From positions 5,704,001 to 5,768,000 of the forward strand of contig OZ024761.1 of assembly GCA_964016885.1 (NCBI GenBank): a stretch of 64,000 nucleotides of DNA, written 5' to 3'. Below are positions 1 to 15,162 of this stretch, in pieces. Each line of letters opens with the position of its first letter. Positions within the stretch are counted from its first letter, which is position 1. Both the position numbers and the translations under genes were made by a program. A model generated the notes under the pieces. The model did not search any database. It was not told the origin of the DNA and saw only the letters and a list, made by a program, of their open reading frames with translations. The stretch is from Eledone cirrhosa. Lineage: Eukaryota.

Positions 1-77
1 ACAGTTTCCAACCATCTTTCTCTACATCCCGCTTCTTTCTCGCTGTTATTTAACATAGCGGGATAATCATTGTTTTG

Positions 78-272
78 GGACGGTGGATTAGTATTATTGC
101 TAGGGCGTCGGATAACATGATTTGCAGCATAGAGTTATGACCCTTTACGGTCTGCGTTCAAATCCTGCCGAGGTTAACTTTGCCTTTCATCCTTACGAGG
201 GTCGATAAAATAAAGTACCAGTAATAAACTGGGATAATTGTTGGCCTTGTACCAATAGTAGAAACAATTATT
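78..272 (+). mobile_element. tRNA-derived SINE, family 1
   Basis: B-box-like GTTCAAATCC followed by the core GAGGTTAACTTTGCCTTTCATCCTTACG..GTCGATAAAATAAAGTACCAGT and tail GGCCTTGT..TAGAAACAATTATTA. More than 12 copies occur in the window. Confidence 0.8.
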
Positions 273-740
273 AGTCAAACTACACCTCTCTCTTTGCATG
301 TGACAGAATCACAGACATTTATATATAGATTGTTATTAAATATGTTGTCAAACTTACAGAACAGAGAATGCATGAGAGAGAAAACTGAAACCGTTTCTCG
401 CTCACTTTTTACATAACTGTGTGACAATAAATCAGATTAAATTTCTTTCCCCTTTGCCTGGATATAAGATGTTGTTTTAAGAAGGAATTTCATATTTTCT
501 GTACTGCTGCCATATTTTCTCTGTGTCTACTGCACCAGAGAGAACATCTTTATCAGTGGATCTCTCACCACAGACTTCTATTTAGGTTATAGCGCCAAAC
601 TATTTAAAGACCGATCGTTTTACCATTTATTTACATATGTTAACTTCCCCCTTGATGTAAATTAGGGACGTTATCTAGTAGCAGACAATCCAAAGTGGTC
701 CATCACCCCCCCCCCCCCCCCAACTGGTTCATCACCCCCC

Positions 741-869
741 AAGGTTAACTTTGCCTTTCATCCTTACGGGGTCGATAAAATATACTACCAGTGATGCACT
801 GGGGTAGAATTAATCAACTTTCCCCACCTCCAAATTACTGGCCTGCTACCTAAATCAGAAACCATTATT
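741..869 (+). mobile_element. SINE family 1, 5'-truncated
   Basis: Core and tail match 78-272. Confidence 0.7.
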
Positions 870-883
870 TTAATGTACATATT

Positions 884-995
<112 letters not shown>

Positions 996-1096
996 CGTGC
1001 GTGCGTGTGTTAGGACCCCGACGGCCGAATCCCGGCCGTTTCGACAGCTTGTAATAATATATGCGAAGACTAACATCCGAAGCGGGCTTGATAAGG

Positions 1097-1171
<75 letters not shown>

Positions 1172-1302
1172 TTTCTGAATTTGTTTAGCAAGATTCTTTA
1201 TCTGAAAACCTGTGTTGAAACCGATATTGTTATACTTTGGGAGGGTCATGTTGCCAATAAGAAACACACGCACCAGTTGCTTTCACTCCAATTTATTATA
1301 AA

Positions 1303-2187
1303 CTAGCAGTGGTACCCGGCGTTGCACGGGATAAGGTATTTTGGAAGGCGGGCCGCCAACAGACCTAATTGTGGAAAAACTGCATGCCTGGACAATATGT
1401 AAAGAAACGAAACCGAATACTCTGATGGCTGGATAATCTTTAAGATTTTCCTCGATGAAGCAGGAAAAATGCAGGTTTTCACCTAATGCGGGCCCTAGGG
1501 GATCCAGAAAAGGAATTTTTTAATGTGCATATTATGCCTTGAAATTTCGGGAAAATCGGCTAGACGTAACGCCCTAAAAAACTGAAAAAATGAAGTTCTT
1601 CACCTAATGCGGGCCCTAGGCCATAAAAAAGTTGGATTTTCTTTGCTCACGGTATGAAGAAGAGACTGACTAATACATAGTTACAATTTCAAGGAAATCG
1701 GTCTGACGTAACGCCTTAAAAAAAACCCTAAAAAGCTTAAAAAACGCAGTTTTTCACCTAATTCGGACCCTAGGAGGTCAAAAAGTTGAAACATAAGTAA
1801 TACACATGTAAAATTTGAAAAAAATCGGTTGGGTACTTCTCGAGATTTAGGGATTCAAACTCACAGACACACACACAGAGACAGACATCCTCAGGGAAGT
1901 GACGTAATGCAGACAGCGAGACATACAGACATATAAGGGCGCGACGTTATATGTATGTATCTATCTAAAAAGAGAAAGACTAAGAATTGTAGAGAGAGAT
2001 CGCTAAATCGCCTAATGTGGTCCCTAGGGCATTGAAAATTTGAATTTAATTTTGCTCAGAACACTCCCTGAAACATAAGTATTACATGCGTAAAGTTTGA
2101 AAACAGTCGGTTGGGTGGTTCTCGAGTTTTAGGGATTCAAACTCACACACACACACAGGCAGACATCCTCAGTTTTATATATATAGA
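1303..2187 (-). mobile_element. Non-autonomous Helitron
   Basis: The minus strand starts A|TC (2187) and ends with the hairpin CCCGTGCAACGCCGGG then CTAG|T (1303), i.e. an A-T target with no TSD. Internal sub-repeats CACCTAATGCGGGCCCTAGG occur at about 1481, 1601, 1755 and 2010. Confidence 0.8.
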
Positions 2188-2310
2188 TTAAACATTTTTT
2201 TCAAAAAAATTTTCTTAAAACAAATTTTCTTAAAACAAATATTTTTTTTTTTTTTAAATTTATAAATTTCCGGTTGGTTGGTTCCACAACCGTACAGTTG
2301 TTCATATATT

Positions 2311-2353
2311 GTCAAAGTTCTTTCGTCACACATTCTGTGACCTCTTCAGTGAC
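2311..2353 (-). ncRNA. Minimal type I hammerhead ribozyme motif
   Basis: GTCA-CTGAAGA-G GTCACA gaatg TGTGAC-GAAA-GAAC-TT-TGAC. Helices I and II pair. Confidence 0.7.
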
Positions 2354-2813
2354 TGGGATTCTTTTCTTTGTTTTGTGCCTCTCCTTTGTTCTGTCCTACG
2401 CCATCTTGTTTGTGTGTGTGTTGCGTGCTTAATTTGCGCATAATACCCAGAAACATTAGTATCTGCAGTTCTGTTTACATGCCAACGCAAGAACAAGAAT
2501 GAGGGGCTCATTCTACTGACATGGCTATAAAAATGAGGTTTGTTTGCATAATTGCAAACGAAACGAATATTATTATTAATATTCGAAAACCTCAGATTAC
2601 ATTTATTGTATTCAGCCATGTAGAGCGATAAACTACTTGTTTGTTATTTGAATATGGCAAAGCCGGCTATTAATTGCTCGTATACAGGTAACTGACTGGC
2701 CTGTCTGCTGATATGCGGGTCTCATTCTACTGACATGGCTTTAAAGAGTGTGTTTGCATAATTGCAAACGAATCGAATATTATTATTGATATTCGAAAAA
2801 CTCAGATTACATT

Positions 2814-2910
<97 letters not shown>

Positions 2911-3298
2911 TGATCGAGTATCGAAAAATCGGCGCACGAGTTCACGATAAACAAAATTCGATATGAGCGACAGAGTGCTCGCTGATTTAGATAAATCAGA
3001 GCTATAACTATCGTTAAAATACTGTCACACATAGAACAAGTCTATAATCAACCGTACGATCGAAAAATCACGATAACGGAAGATTCGGGACACTCAGATA
3101 AAAAATATCAATAAATCAATAAATTAAATGAATGTAGAATCGGTGCTCTGAAATAGCGATATATATATATATAAATGTATATATAGTATATTTGGCAATA
3201 TACTGTATGCTTAATTAAAAGCATTTTGAAGACCTTACGTTATTGTTTTAAAGTAGTGACAATGTCACTTACAGATATTTTCATCTAACAAGGGGAGA

Positions 3299-3347
3299 TA
3301 AGCTGACAGAGCTCTGTTTCGTATTTGTTGGTACTTATCAAAGCTCA
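3299..3347 (-). ncRNA. Hammerhead ribozyme motif, U3-A8 core variant
   Basis: TGAGCT-TTGATAA-GTA ccaacaaa TAC-GAAA-CAGAGCTCTG-TC-AGCTTA. Palindromic helix III and a GUC site. Confidence 0.7.
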
Positions 3348-3760
3348 GCACTCCTTCTGTTTGCTGAAAATTATGAATGTTGGATTCTTATAGAATTCCA
3401 ATATATATATATGGAGGGGGGCGTGTTTGTATATGAGTCTAATAATTGTTGTTATGTGATACACCAAATTAGAACTGTATATGTGTGTATGTGATTGTGT
3501 GTCTGTGTGTCTGTATATGTTTGTGTGTCTATGATTGCGTGTGTCTGTGTGTCTGTATATATGTGTATGTGTGTATATCTATATTTTTTTTTCCGTGTCT
3601 CTGTGTTTGTGTATTATTTCCAACCCAATCTCCAGATAGACGCCAAATTGCAATATGGCGTCCATGACTCTACATCAACAGACGACACAAACTGCAACAA
3701 GCAGACGACATACACTACTTCACCCAGCTTTGTCTTAAATACTATTATTCCCTCACTAAT

Positions 3761-3821
<61 letters not shown>

Positions 3822-3949
3822 CACACACACAGAGAGCACCCCCCATATATATATATGTGTGTGTGTGTGTACACGTGTGTGGGTTGTCTATATATTTAAT
3901 AGCTATATAATAGTATACAAATCAATCAACTAATTCTCGTTAAATATAT

Positions 3950-4362
3950 TACACATACACACAAACACACGAGTGGCACACACACTCACACACACGACAC
4001 ACACACAGATATGTGGCACACACACACGTGTGGAACACACACATACATCTGGTACACACACACACGAGTGGCACACACACACAAACACACACGGCACATA
4101 CACAGATATGTGGCACACACACACACTTACACACACGACACACACACAGATATGTGGCACACACACGAGTGGAACACACACGGACATGTGGCACACACAC
4201 AGATATGTGGCACACCCACACATACACAGACATGTGGCACACACACAGATATGTGGCACACAGACACACAGATATGTGGGACACACACACAGATATGTGG
4301 CACACGCACAAACAGCACACACACAAGCGGCACACACACAAAACACACACACACACTCACAA

Positions 4363-4370
<8 letters not shown>
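3950..4370. repeat. (CA)n-derived minisatellite, unit about ACACACAGATATGTGGC
   Basis: Repeated AGATATGTGGCAC motif among CA runs. Confidence 0.75.
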
Positions 4371-4426
<56 letters not shown>

Positions 4427-4770
4427 ACGCACGCACAAGCCGCACACAGTCATATATACATTTATATACGCACACACACACACTCATAGACACACAAACA
4501 GCACACACTCAAATGGCATACACACACAAATGCGCATGTGTATGCACAGGACTCACGTGACATTAATTAAATTCAACTGGAGTTTCATGGGCACTGCCTG
4601 TCTCTTCAGCACCTTGCAATAACCTTACTATTGTTTCTGGGCATAGACGGTAGAATAGATGCGCTTCTGGTATGGAGTTATATAACTACCATAGATTAGT
4701 CTGCATATCGATACTTTTGCTCGCTGAAACGACCGTAAAAAAGTGGATTAATTAACTACCACAACTTGGT

Positions 4771-4833
<63 letters not shown>

Positions 4834-5023
4834 TGTATATATGTATATATATGGAAAAAATGAAACGAAATTTCATTTCTCACTCTTAGTACGGCTGTTA
4901 CTTAAATATAAGTATGTATACGTACATACATATATGTATACAGACGTACGGTAGTATGTATATATATACATACATGCACGCATATATATATGTGTATATA
5001 TACATATATATATGTATATATAC

Positions 5024-5069
<46 letters not shown>

Positions 5070-5086
5070 GTACATATACATATATA

Positions 5087-5137
<51 letters not shown>

Positions 5138-5156
5138 GTACATATACACATATATA

Positions 5157-5202
<46 letters not shown>

Positions 5203-5204
5203 TA

Positions 5205-5254
<50 letters not shown>

Positions 5255-5334
5255 TATGTATATATACATATATATATATATGTATATATTAAAATACAAA
5301 TATTAATAAAATAAATGTTCTTTTGATCAATTAC

Positions 5335-5387
5335 ATTTTATTATACATATTTCGGATGTACAACAGTACGTCCTCATCAGACAAAAT
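5335..5387 (-). ncRNA. Hammerhead ribozyme motif (family A)
   Basis: ATTTTGT-CTGATGA-GGACGTAC tgtt GTACATCC-GAAA-TATGTA-TA-ATAAAAT. Confidence 0.75.
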
Positions 5388-5458
5388 ATATTGATATATG
5401 ACATACCCTGAGATGTTAAATGGTTAAGATTTAATCAAGGTATGTCATATATCATTAT

Positions 5459-5511
5459 ATTTAGTCTGATGAGGACGTAATGTCGTACATCCGAAATATG
5501 TATAATAAAAT
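5459..5511 (+). ncRNA. Hammerhead ribozyme motif (family A)
   Basis: ATTTAGT-CTGATGA-GGACGTAatgtcgTACATCC-GAAA-TATGTA-TA-ATAAAAT. Confidence 0.65.
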
Positions 5512-5662
5512 TTAATTGATCAAAAGAACATCTATTTTATTAATATTTGTATTTTAATATTAATAACTCTGGAAAATTATTTTCCCGTAGAGTGCTTCCA
5601 ATCTACTGTAAAACTCATTCTTTGATATACTCATTGAATCTTGTTTAACTCTTTAATATATG

Positions 5663-5693
<31 letters not shown>

Positions 5694-5984
5694 GTGTGTA
5701 TATACAATAAAGTATGTCCATAGAATCATTTGATAAAATATATACATTATTTCCTCTCCCAATCAGCATAATCAACTATACAAAAAACCAATTAAACCTG
5801 GCTATAAGATTAAAAGACACCTATGAAGAAATAATAGATAAATAAACGACAGCCATCTATTCGCGATCAACAGATATAGAATATTTACCCAGCATTTCTA
5901 ATAGCACGTGGAAATCGATTAAATATATCGTCAACCATATACAATTAGGTATAAAATCAAAGTTAGAACAAAAAAATGTGTATA

Positions 5985-6056
<72 letters not shown>

Positions 6057-6166
6057 GTATATATATATATATATGTCTGTATATATATATATGTGTATAT
6101 ATACATATATATATATATATGTACATATATATATATGTATATATACACATATATATATATATAGAC

Positions 6167-6199
<33 letters not shown>

Positions 6200-6627
6200 T
6201 ATATATGTGTATATATATATATATATGTGTGTATATATACATATATATATTTATGTATATTTACATATATATATATATGTATATAAGTATATATGTATAT
6301 ATACATATATATATATATACATATATATATATGTATATATACAATATATATATATACATATATATAAATGTATATATACATATATATATGTATTTATATA
6401 TCTGTATATATACATATATATATATGTATATATGTATATATACATATATATGTATATACACATTTATATGTATATATACATATATATATGTATATATACA
6501 TATATATATATGTATATATACACATATATATGTATATATACATATATATATGTATATATATATATATATATTATACATATATATTATACATACATGCATA
6601 TATATATATATATATATATGACATATA

Positions 6628-6678
<51 letters not shown>

Positions 6679-6696
6679 CATATATGTGCACATATA

Positions 6697-6880
6697 TTGT
6701 TTCTACTTTTGGCACAAGGCCAGCAATGACCCAGTGCATTACTGGTACTTTATTATATCGACCCCGTAAGGATGAAAGGCAAAGTTAACCTCGGCGGGAT
6801 TTGAACTCAGATCGTAAAGGGACGTAACTATGTTGGAAAGCATGGCGTCCGACCCTCTACCGATACTGCCAATCCACCGC
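6697..6880 (-). mobile_element. SINE family 1
   Basis: Reverse complement of the family 1 head, core and tail. Confidence 0.8.
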
Positions 6881-7125
6881 ATATATATATATATATATAT
6901 ATGACATATATGTGCATATATATATATATATATACATATATATATGACATGTTATATATATATATATATATGTCACCAACCCTACTACCATCTACAAACT
7001 GACCAATGAGAATCAAGACTATTCCTGCTGACAACATTAAATTATTCCTAACAAGCTCATATGTCCCAAGGCTCTGATACCATCAACACTATAAACACAG
7101 AGCTGGCATATCTAAGAACTGACTA

Positions 7126-7181
7126 ACTGCCTGATGAGGTCATAGCCATTCAATGGCTATCATCGAAATATATATAGCAGT
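7126..7181 (+). ncRNA. Minimal type I hammerhead ribozyme motif
   Basis: ACTGC-CTGATGA-GGTcATAGCCAT tca ATGGCTATcATC-GAAA-TATATA-TA-GCAGT, immediately followed by AAATAAA. Confidence 0.8.
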
Positions 7182-7229
7182 AAATAAAGGATTATGAGTT
7201 CATGCAATTGACTTATGTTTCGTTACTAT

Positions 7230-8106
<877 letters not shown>

Positions 8107-8113
8107 CACGCAC

Positions 8114-8145
<32 letters not shown>

Positions 8146-8670
8146 GCACACAGACACACACACAAACACACACACACACACACACACACACGCACTCACA
8201 GACAAACACACAAACACACACGCACACACACTCCCACTCCCCCCACACACACAATGCATGTGTTTTGTGTGTATATGTATGTGTGTGTTTGATCACCCTT
8301 AAGAGATTGTGTACCAAGGAGAGAGAGAGAGGGATTGAGAGGAAGGGGGAGAGTGATTGAGAGAGTCAGATAGAGAGAGAGAGAGAGGTTGACAGTGACA
8401 ATAAAGGGGAGTGGTAGGGTGTAGGGTGAGGTAAGACAGGGAGATGTGAGAGAGGTTGAAGGTGTGACTGAACCATTTTAACTTCTCATTCCACGTCATA
8501 GAGGAGATTAATAGCTATTGTATAGAGAAGGTGGTAGTGGTGTGAGGATAATGTAGTGATGGTATTATTGGTGGTAGTGGTGTGAGGGTAGAGTGGGTAA
8601 TGTAAAGGTGGTGGTGTGAGGGAGGAGGAGATGGAGGCAGATAGTCTCGCTACCGAGATCGATATATTTA

Positions 8671-8705
<35 letters not shown>

Positions 8706-8857
8706 CACATCACCAGCCTGACGAGCAATTCGATACTGGAGTGGGGTCCATAACTCCTTTGGGTGACCTTGAGCCAATCCTCTGCGAAACGCACATAACA
8801 GGTCAATACGCAATAAATATTTTTCATATGTAAACGAAACTTCCTCGTTCTTTTTCG

Positions 8858-9078
8858 TGAAGGCGTGTGGCTGAATGGTTAGAGAATTGGATTCGCAATC
8901 GTAAGGTTGTGAGTTCGATTCCTGGACTAGGCGATGCGTTATGTCCTTGAGCAAGACACTTTATTTAACGTTGCTCCTTCTACCTGGAGTTGCGACCGAT
9001 AGATAGTATTAGCAATTGGAAAGACCAACGGAAACATTGTTCCCTCGGTCCGATTTGACGAAAGCCGATCGTTCCTTA
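8858..9078 (+). mobile_element. tRNA-derived SINE, family 2
   Basis: A box TGGCTGAATGGT, B box GAGTTCGATTCC, central TGTCCTTGAGCAAGACACTT. A second copy lies at 61336-61555 (-). Confidence 0.8.
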
Positions 9079-9333
9079 ATAAATATCATATAGAAATAAC
9101 GTCTACAGGTCTAGAACCGTTTTATTCGTTTGAAATCATTAGCAATGTACCGATGATTCCAAACGAATGAAACAGTGCCAGTTCTGTGAGAGTCAATTCT
9201 ATATGAAATCAATATTAATTATGCAATTTCCCTTACGTATTAAGTATGTTATATAACTGTGGGTCTCTTGCGTTCATTTAGGAAAACCATTCTTAATTAT
9301 ATGTTGAATGTCTATGGTGAGAGATATTATAAA

Positions 9334-9415
9334 GCAGGGTCGTGCAACAGGCGGCCCACGGGCCACAATCCGGCCGGCCAGACCAGTCAGAGTGACCCGC
9401 GATGACCGTTTTTAA
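9334..9415 (+). mobile_element. Possible hAT-type transposon terminus
   Basis: CAGGG...GCGGCCCACGGGCCACAATCCGGCC resembles hAT/Charlie-type ends. No partner TIR seen. Confidence 0.4.
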
Positions 9416-9429
9416 TTTTTACCTTGTTT

Positions 9430-9865
9430 ATTATAGTGTACTACAGTGTACCGCAGTGTATTATAGTGTACTACAGTGTACTATAGTTTATTATAGTGTA
9501 CTACAGTGTACCGTAGTGTATTATAATGTACTAAAGTGTACTATAGTGTACTACAGTGTACCGCAGTGTACTACAGTGTACAACAGTGTGCCGCAGTGTA
9601 TTATAATGTACTGCAGTGTACTATAGTGTACTATAGTGTACTACAGCGTATTATAGTGTACCACAGTGTACTCCAGTGTACCGCAGTGTATTATAGTGTA
9701 CTGCAGTGTACCGCAGTATACTATAGTGTAATATATTGTACTACAGTGTACCGCAGTGTACTACAGTGTACCGCAATGTACTACAGTGTACCGCAGTGTA
9801 TTATAGTGTACTACAGTGTACTACAGTTTATTATAGTGTACTACAGTGTACCGCAGTGTATTAGA
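9430..9865. repeat. 10-bp tandem repeat (TACAGTGTAC)
   Basis: About 43 degenerate units. Confidence 0.9.
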
Positions 9866-10153
9866 ATGTGTTGCAATATGGTTCAATATACTGTTAATTA
9901 TATAGTGTATTAAAGTGTGGTGCAGCAGCTGTCGGGAAGTGTATGTCCAAGGCAGATGTTGGGTCGGAAACAACCTTACATTGACACACACACACATATA
10001 TATATATACACACACACATATATATACACACATATATATTTACATAGACACACACATATATTTACATAGACACACACACACACACACACACACACATCTA
10101 TGCATAGATACGAACATATACACATACATACGCACACATATATTATATATATA

Positions 10154-10186
<33 letters not shown>

Positions 10187-11377
10187 TTACATGGTGGCTG
10201 CCAACTCGTTTTCGAGTACGGCCACTACTTTATATCCATGTAGGAGAACTCCTACCGATACGCTGAACGAGTGTGACTTTTTAGTCCAGCCAGCGACTTG
10301 TAAACTCTGCTACAAACACTACACTTGTGACAATTACTGACACATAGTGCTGGGCCCATGGTACCATGTGACGACAAGTGCAGAGAGATCTCCAGATATA
10401 AAGCAATGCCTGTGCCGTGAAGCTTTTATAGTGAGCAAAGGCACTGCACAAAGCCAGTCCCACTCTCTTAACCAAGATGATATTTACCAAAAAGAAGAAC
10501 AAGTCAACATCATCGGATACCATCAGAGTTGCAGGTGTTATATCAGAGTTTTCCTTATATATATATATATATATATATGCATAGATACGAACATATATAT
10601 ATATACGCACACAGACATATATATGTACACACACACATACACACACACATTCGTGTGCGTAAATATGTATATGGAATGATATATTGTTAGAAACCGAAAT
10701 ATTGTGTGTGTGTCTGTGTGTGTGTCTGTGTGTGTGTCTGCGTCTGTGTGTGTGTATGTGTGTCTGTGTGTGTATATGTAATTACAGCCTCTCATCTTTA
10801 CCAACTCCTCCTCCCTCACCTCTTCACCACCTCCTCCTCACTCACCTCTTCACCACCTCCATCCCCTCTTCCCCTCCTATTCACCACCTACCTCTGTGTG
10901 TCTGTGTGTGTGTGTGTAATTACAGCCTCTCATCTTTACCAACTCCTCCTCCCTCACCTCTTCACTACCTCCACCCCCTCTTCCGCCTCCTATTCACCCC
11001 CTACCTCCTCCTACTTCTCCCCTCTCCTCTTCCACCCCCTCCTCTGTACACATGGTAGCCGTGTGAAGTGCCGCAGTGGTCGCCGTGGCACATGATAGAT
11101 GTGTAGAGACACACACTGCTTTGTGGCAGGGTTCCCAGGCTGGCTAAGTGGAACCCTCAGTCTCTTTCTCTCTTGGAATGGAACCACTGTCAGTAGTAAC
11201 ACTTCCACTGGTGGTGGTGGGGTGGGGGGAGTGGCGGTGGTGACAGTGGGGGTGGTGAGGTGGGGTTGCTGTGGTTGGGGTGGTGGTGGTGGTGGTGGTA
11301 CGTGGTGTCGTGGTGTTGGTGGTGGAGTGCGTGCAAATAGAAATACGTTGGTAACTGTATGTTAACGTAGGGAGTAA

Positions 11378-11445
<68 letters not shown>

Positions 11446-11674
11446 TATATAAATTATCGAGAATCGGAACCTCGGCCCACGAAATAACGAAACACAATCT
11501 TCGAAATGTATGGCAAAGGGCTCAATAGTTTGGATAAACCAGAGCTATAACTATCGTTTAAGTACCAACACATAGAGACAATGCTTAAAATCATTCGCAC
11601 ACCCGAAAAAATAAATATAAATATATATATATATAAAAAACTAAATATAAATATATATATATATAAAAAAACAA

Positions 11675-11760
<86 letters not shown>

Positions 11761-11766
<6 letters not shown>

Positions 11767-12296
11767 ATACTTGGGGAGGGTCATATTTGTGTAATAATAT
11801 TGCCAGAATTAATAACAGAACACACTCACTGTTTGGTTGGTTTTCGCTTCTCTGTCTTTTATATCGGTTAATTTAATTTATTCGGTCCTCAATGTTACAA
11901 TTGACTGACCAACGGTCAAATATACAGATACAATATAGACACAAACACATATATATAGTCTAACAAAGATGGCGTAGGCATACAATACAACGGGAGGAAA
12001 CATAATAGCACCACTGACGATGTTGCAGATGTGCAACGAAAGAACTTTGTTAGACTATATATATGTGTTTGTGTCTATATTGTATCTGTATTTTTGACCG
12101 TTGGTCAGTCAATGGTAACATTGAGGACCGAATAAATTAAATTAACCGATATAAAAGACACAGAAGCGAAAACCAACCAAACAGTGAACGTGTTCTGTTA
12201 TTAATTCTGGCAATATTATTACACAAATATGACCCTCCCCAAGTATAAGAATATTTGTTTCGACACACGATTTCATATCAAAAACCTCGCAAAACT
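11761..12296. mobile_element. Fold-back element with degenerate hammerhead in the spacer
   Basis: About 205-bp inverted arms. The spacer holds CTGACGA-T GTTGCA gatg TGCAAC-GAAA-GAAC-TT-TG at 12014-12049, with the same helix III as 2311. The tail motif is shared with 1200-1255. Confidence 0.65.
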
Positions 12297-12436
12297 GGTG
12301 GATAGTATCAGCAATGGAAAGACCAATGGAAACATTGTTTCCTCGGTCCGATTTAAGGAGCTCCACCTCCACTTGGAAAGCGAATGAGGTCTGGGATCTT
12401 GTCCATAGAGTGAGAGAGTAGTAGTTGAGAGAAGGG

Positions 12437-13382
12437 TGGTGAACTGGCAGTGATCGGTAGAGTGTCGGCCAGCATACTTTGCGGCATTTACGTTCCGCGT
12501 TCAAATCCCGCTGATGTTATCTTTACCTTTCATCCTTACTTGGTCGATAAAATAAACTACCAGTAATACACTGGGGTAGATTTAATTGACTATTCCATTC
12601 CCCAAATTTGCTAGCCTTGTGCCTGTAGTAGAAACTATTATTATTATTATTGAGTTCAAATCCTGCCAAGGGTAACTGTGTCTTTCATCCTTACGAGGTC
12701 GATAAAATAAAGTACCAGTAATGTACTGGGGTCGATTAAATCGACTTTCCCCTCCCCCCAAATTGCTGGCCATGTGCCTATATAAGAAACCATTATTATA
12801 TCGGTAGAGGGTTGGACGCCATGCTTTCCTGCATAGTTACGTCCCTTTACAGTCTGAGTTCAAATCCCGCCGAGGTTGACTTTGCCTTTCATCCTTACGG
12901 GGTCAATAAAATAAAGTACCAGTAATGCACTGGGTAATTGCTGGCCTTGTGCCTAAAGTAGAAACAATTATTATTGAGTTCAATAATAATAAAGGGCTGT
13001 GGATTGGCAGTATCGGTAGAGGGTCGGACGCCATGCTTTCCTGCATAGTTACGTCCCTTTACGATCTGAGTTCAAATCCCGCCGAGGTTGACTTTGCCTT
13101 TCATCCTTACAGGGTCGATAAAATAAAGTACCAGTAATACACTGGGTAATTGCTGGCCTTGTGCCTAAAGTAGAAACAATTGTTATTAAGGGCTGTTGGC
13201 AGTATCACTAGAGCATCGGAAACCATGCTTCGCGGCATAGTTACGGCCCTTTACGTTCTGAGTTCAAATCCCGCCGAGGTTAGCTTTGCCCAGCATCTTT
13301 ACGATGCCAACAAAATAGAGTATCAGTAATGTACTGGGGTCTATTTAATCGACCCCCCCCCAATTGCTGGCCTTGTGCCTCA
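12437..13382 (+). mobile_element. Tandem cluster of five SINE family 1 copies
   Basis: The core recurs at about 12500, 12655, 12860, 13070 and 13262, joined through (ATT)n tails. Confidence 0.85.
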
Positions 13383-13670
13383 ACCAAGTTCACTGAGTAC
13401 ATTTTCTCATTTGTTTTTCCTTCCTCTGATTTCTTCGTCGTCGTCGTCGAAATTCAACTAATTTGAAATATGGTTTCAGGTTAACTCTATATACCCCCTC
13501 CTCTCCCTGCCACCCTCTCTTCAGGTTAGCTCTCTCTATCTCACTCCTCTATCTGCCACCCTCTCTTCCTGCCACCCTCTCTTCCTGCCACCCTCCTCTA
13601 CCTGTCACCCTCTCTCCACTCCACTCTCTCTCACTTTAAATAATATCAAGAGCCCAACGTACACATACAG

Positions 13671-13728
<58 letters not shown>

Positions 13729-13852
13729 ACACAGAATTATGAACATAAACATATATAATTATGCATTTTTTTATATAAACATATATATATATGAATATAT
13801 GTATGTATATATATGTATATATATATATATGTATACATTGTATACATATATA

Positions 13853-13903
<51 letters not shown>

Positions 13904-13930
13904 GTATGTATATATACGTATCTATATATA

Positions 13931-13979
<49 letters not shown>

Positions 13980-14006
13980 GTATGTATATATACGTATCTA
14001 TATATA

Positions 14007-14055
<49 letters not shown>

Positions 14056-14401
14056 GTATGTATATATACGTATCTATATATATGCATATATATATATATA
14101 TATTGAAACAAAATGAAAACGAAATTTCATTTCTCACTCTTAGTATGGCACTTACTTAAATGTAAGTATGCATGTATAACGTACATACATATATGTATAC
14201 AGACGTACAGTAGCATGCACATATATATATATATATACATATATACATACATATGCATACAGGTACACATACATATATGCACGTATCAGTTTAGCGGCGC
14301 TAACGTCGCTTTGTTCGTTTGTAAACAAACTGAACAGCCTGAATTTATGCCATACGGTGTTAAGGCAACCACGTCACCTTTTTGTTCAACACTGACACAG
14401 G

Positions 14402-14446
14402 AACGATGTACTAGTTTCAAGCTTGTTAGCTATCATCAGCACCGTT
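14402..14446 (-). ncRNA. Minimal type I hammerhead ribozyme motif
   Basis: AACGGTG-CTGATGA-T AGCT aaca AGCT T-GAAA-CTAG-TA-CATCGTT. Confidence 0.8.
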
Positions 14447-15117
14447 TACCCATCTGCCAGATAGTTGAACGTTCGAAAGTATATACTTTCCTTATGAAAA
14501 TTAACGGCTGAGCAGCCTAATTTGCATATTGAGTGAGTTAAATCGGTCAGGCATACCGAAAACGATAAATTGAAACAAAATGAAAACGAAATTTCATTTC
14601 TCACTCTTAGTATGGCACTTACTTAAATGTAAGTATGCATGTATACGTACATACATATATGTATACAGACGTACAGTAGCATGCACATATATATATATAT
14701 ATACATATATACATACATATGCATACAGGTACACATACATATATGCACGTATCATTCAGGCTGTTCAGTTTGTTTACAAACGAACAAAGAGACGTTAGCG
14801 CCGCTAAACTGATACGTGCATATATGTATGTGTACCTGTATGCATATGTATGTATATATGTATATATATATATATATGTGCATGCTACTGTACGTCTGTA
14901 TACATATATGTATGTACGTATACATGCATACTTACATTTAAGTAAGTGCCATACTAAGAGTGAGAAATGAAATTTCGTTTTCATTTTGTTTCAATTTATC
15001 GTTTTCGGTATGCCTGACCGATTTAACTCACTCAATATGCAAATTAGGCTGCTCAGCCGTTAATTTTCATAAGGAAAGTATATACTTTCGAACGTTCAAC
15101 TATCTGGCAGATGGGTA

Positions 15118-15162
15118 AACGGTGCTGATGATAGCTAACAAGCTTGAAACTAGTACATCGTT
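15118..15162 (+). ncRNA. Minimal type I hammerhead ribozyme motif
   Basis: Identical to the 14402 motif. Palindromic helix III ACTAGT and a GUA site. Confidence 0.8.

Larger units (their letters stand above)
5286..5655. mobile_element. Hammerhead fold-back element, family A, in (TA)n
   Basis: About 120-bp inverted arms (5286-5410 / 5435-5560) plus a one-sided tail containing GAGTGCTTCCAATCTA, flanked by TA repeats. Confidence 0.75.

Noticed and set aside
8716-9200. Decayed hammerhead-like motifs at 8718 and 9150 (also 44040 and 60286-60350)
   Set aside because: Partial cores with broken helix I/III or a non-cleavable site. Likely relics, so not counted.
10347-10555. Penelope GIY-YIG C-terminal remnant
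   Set aside because: Only a vague CLCREAFI..LNQD similarity, which cannot be supported without a profile search.
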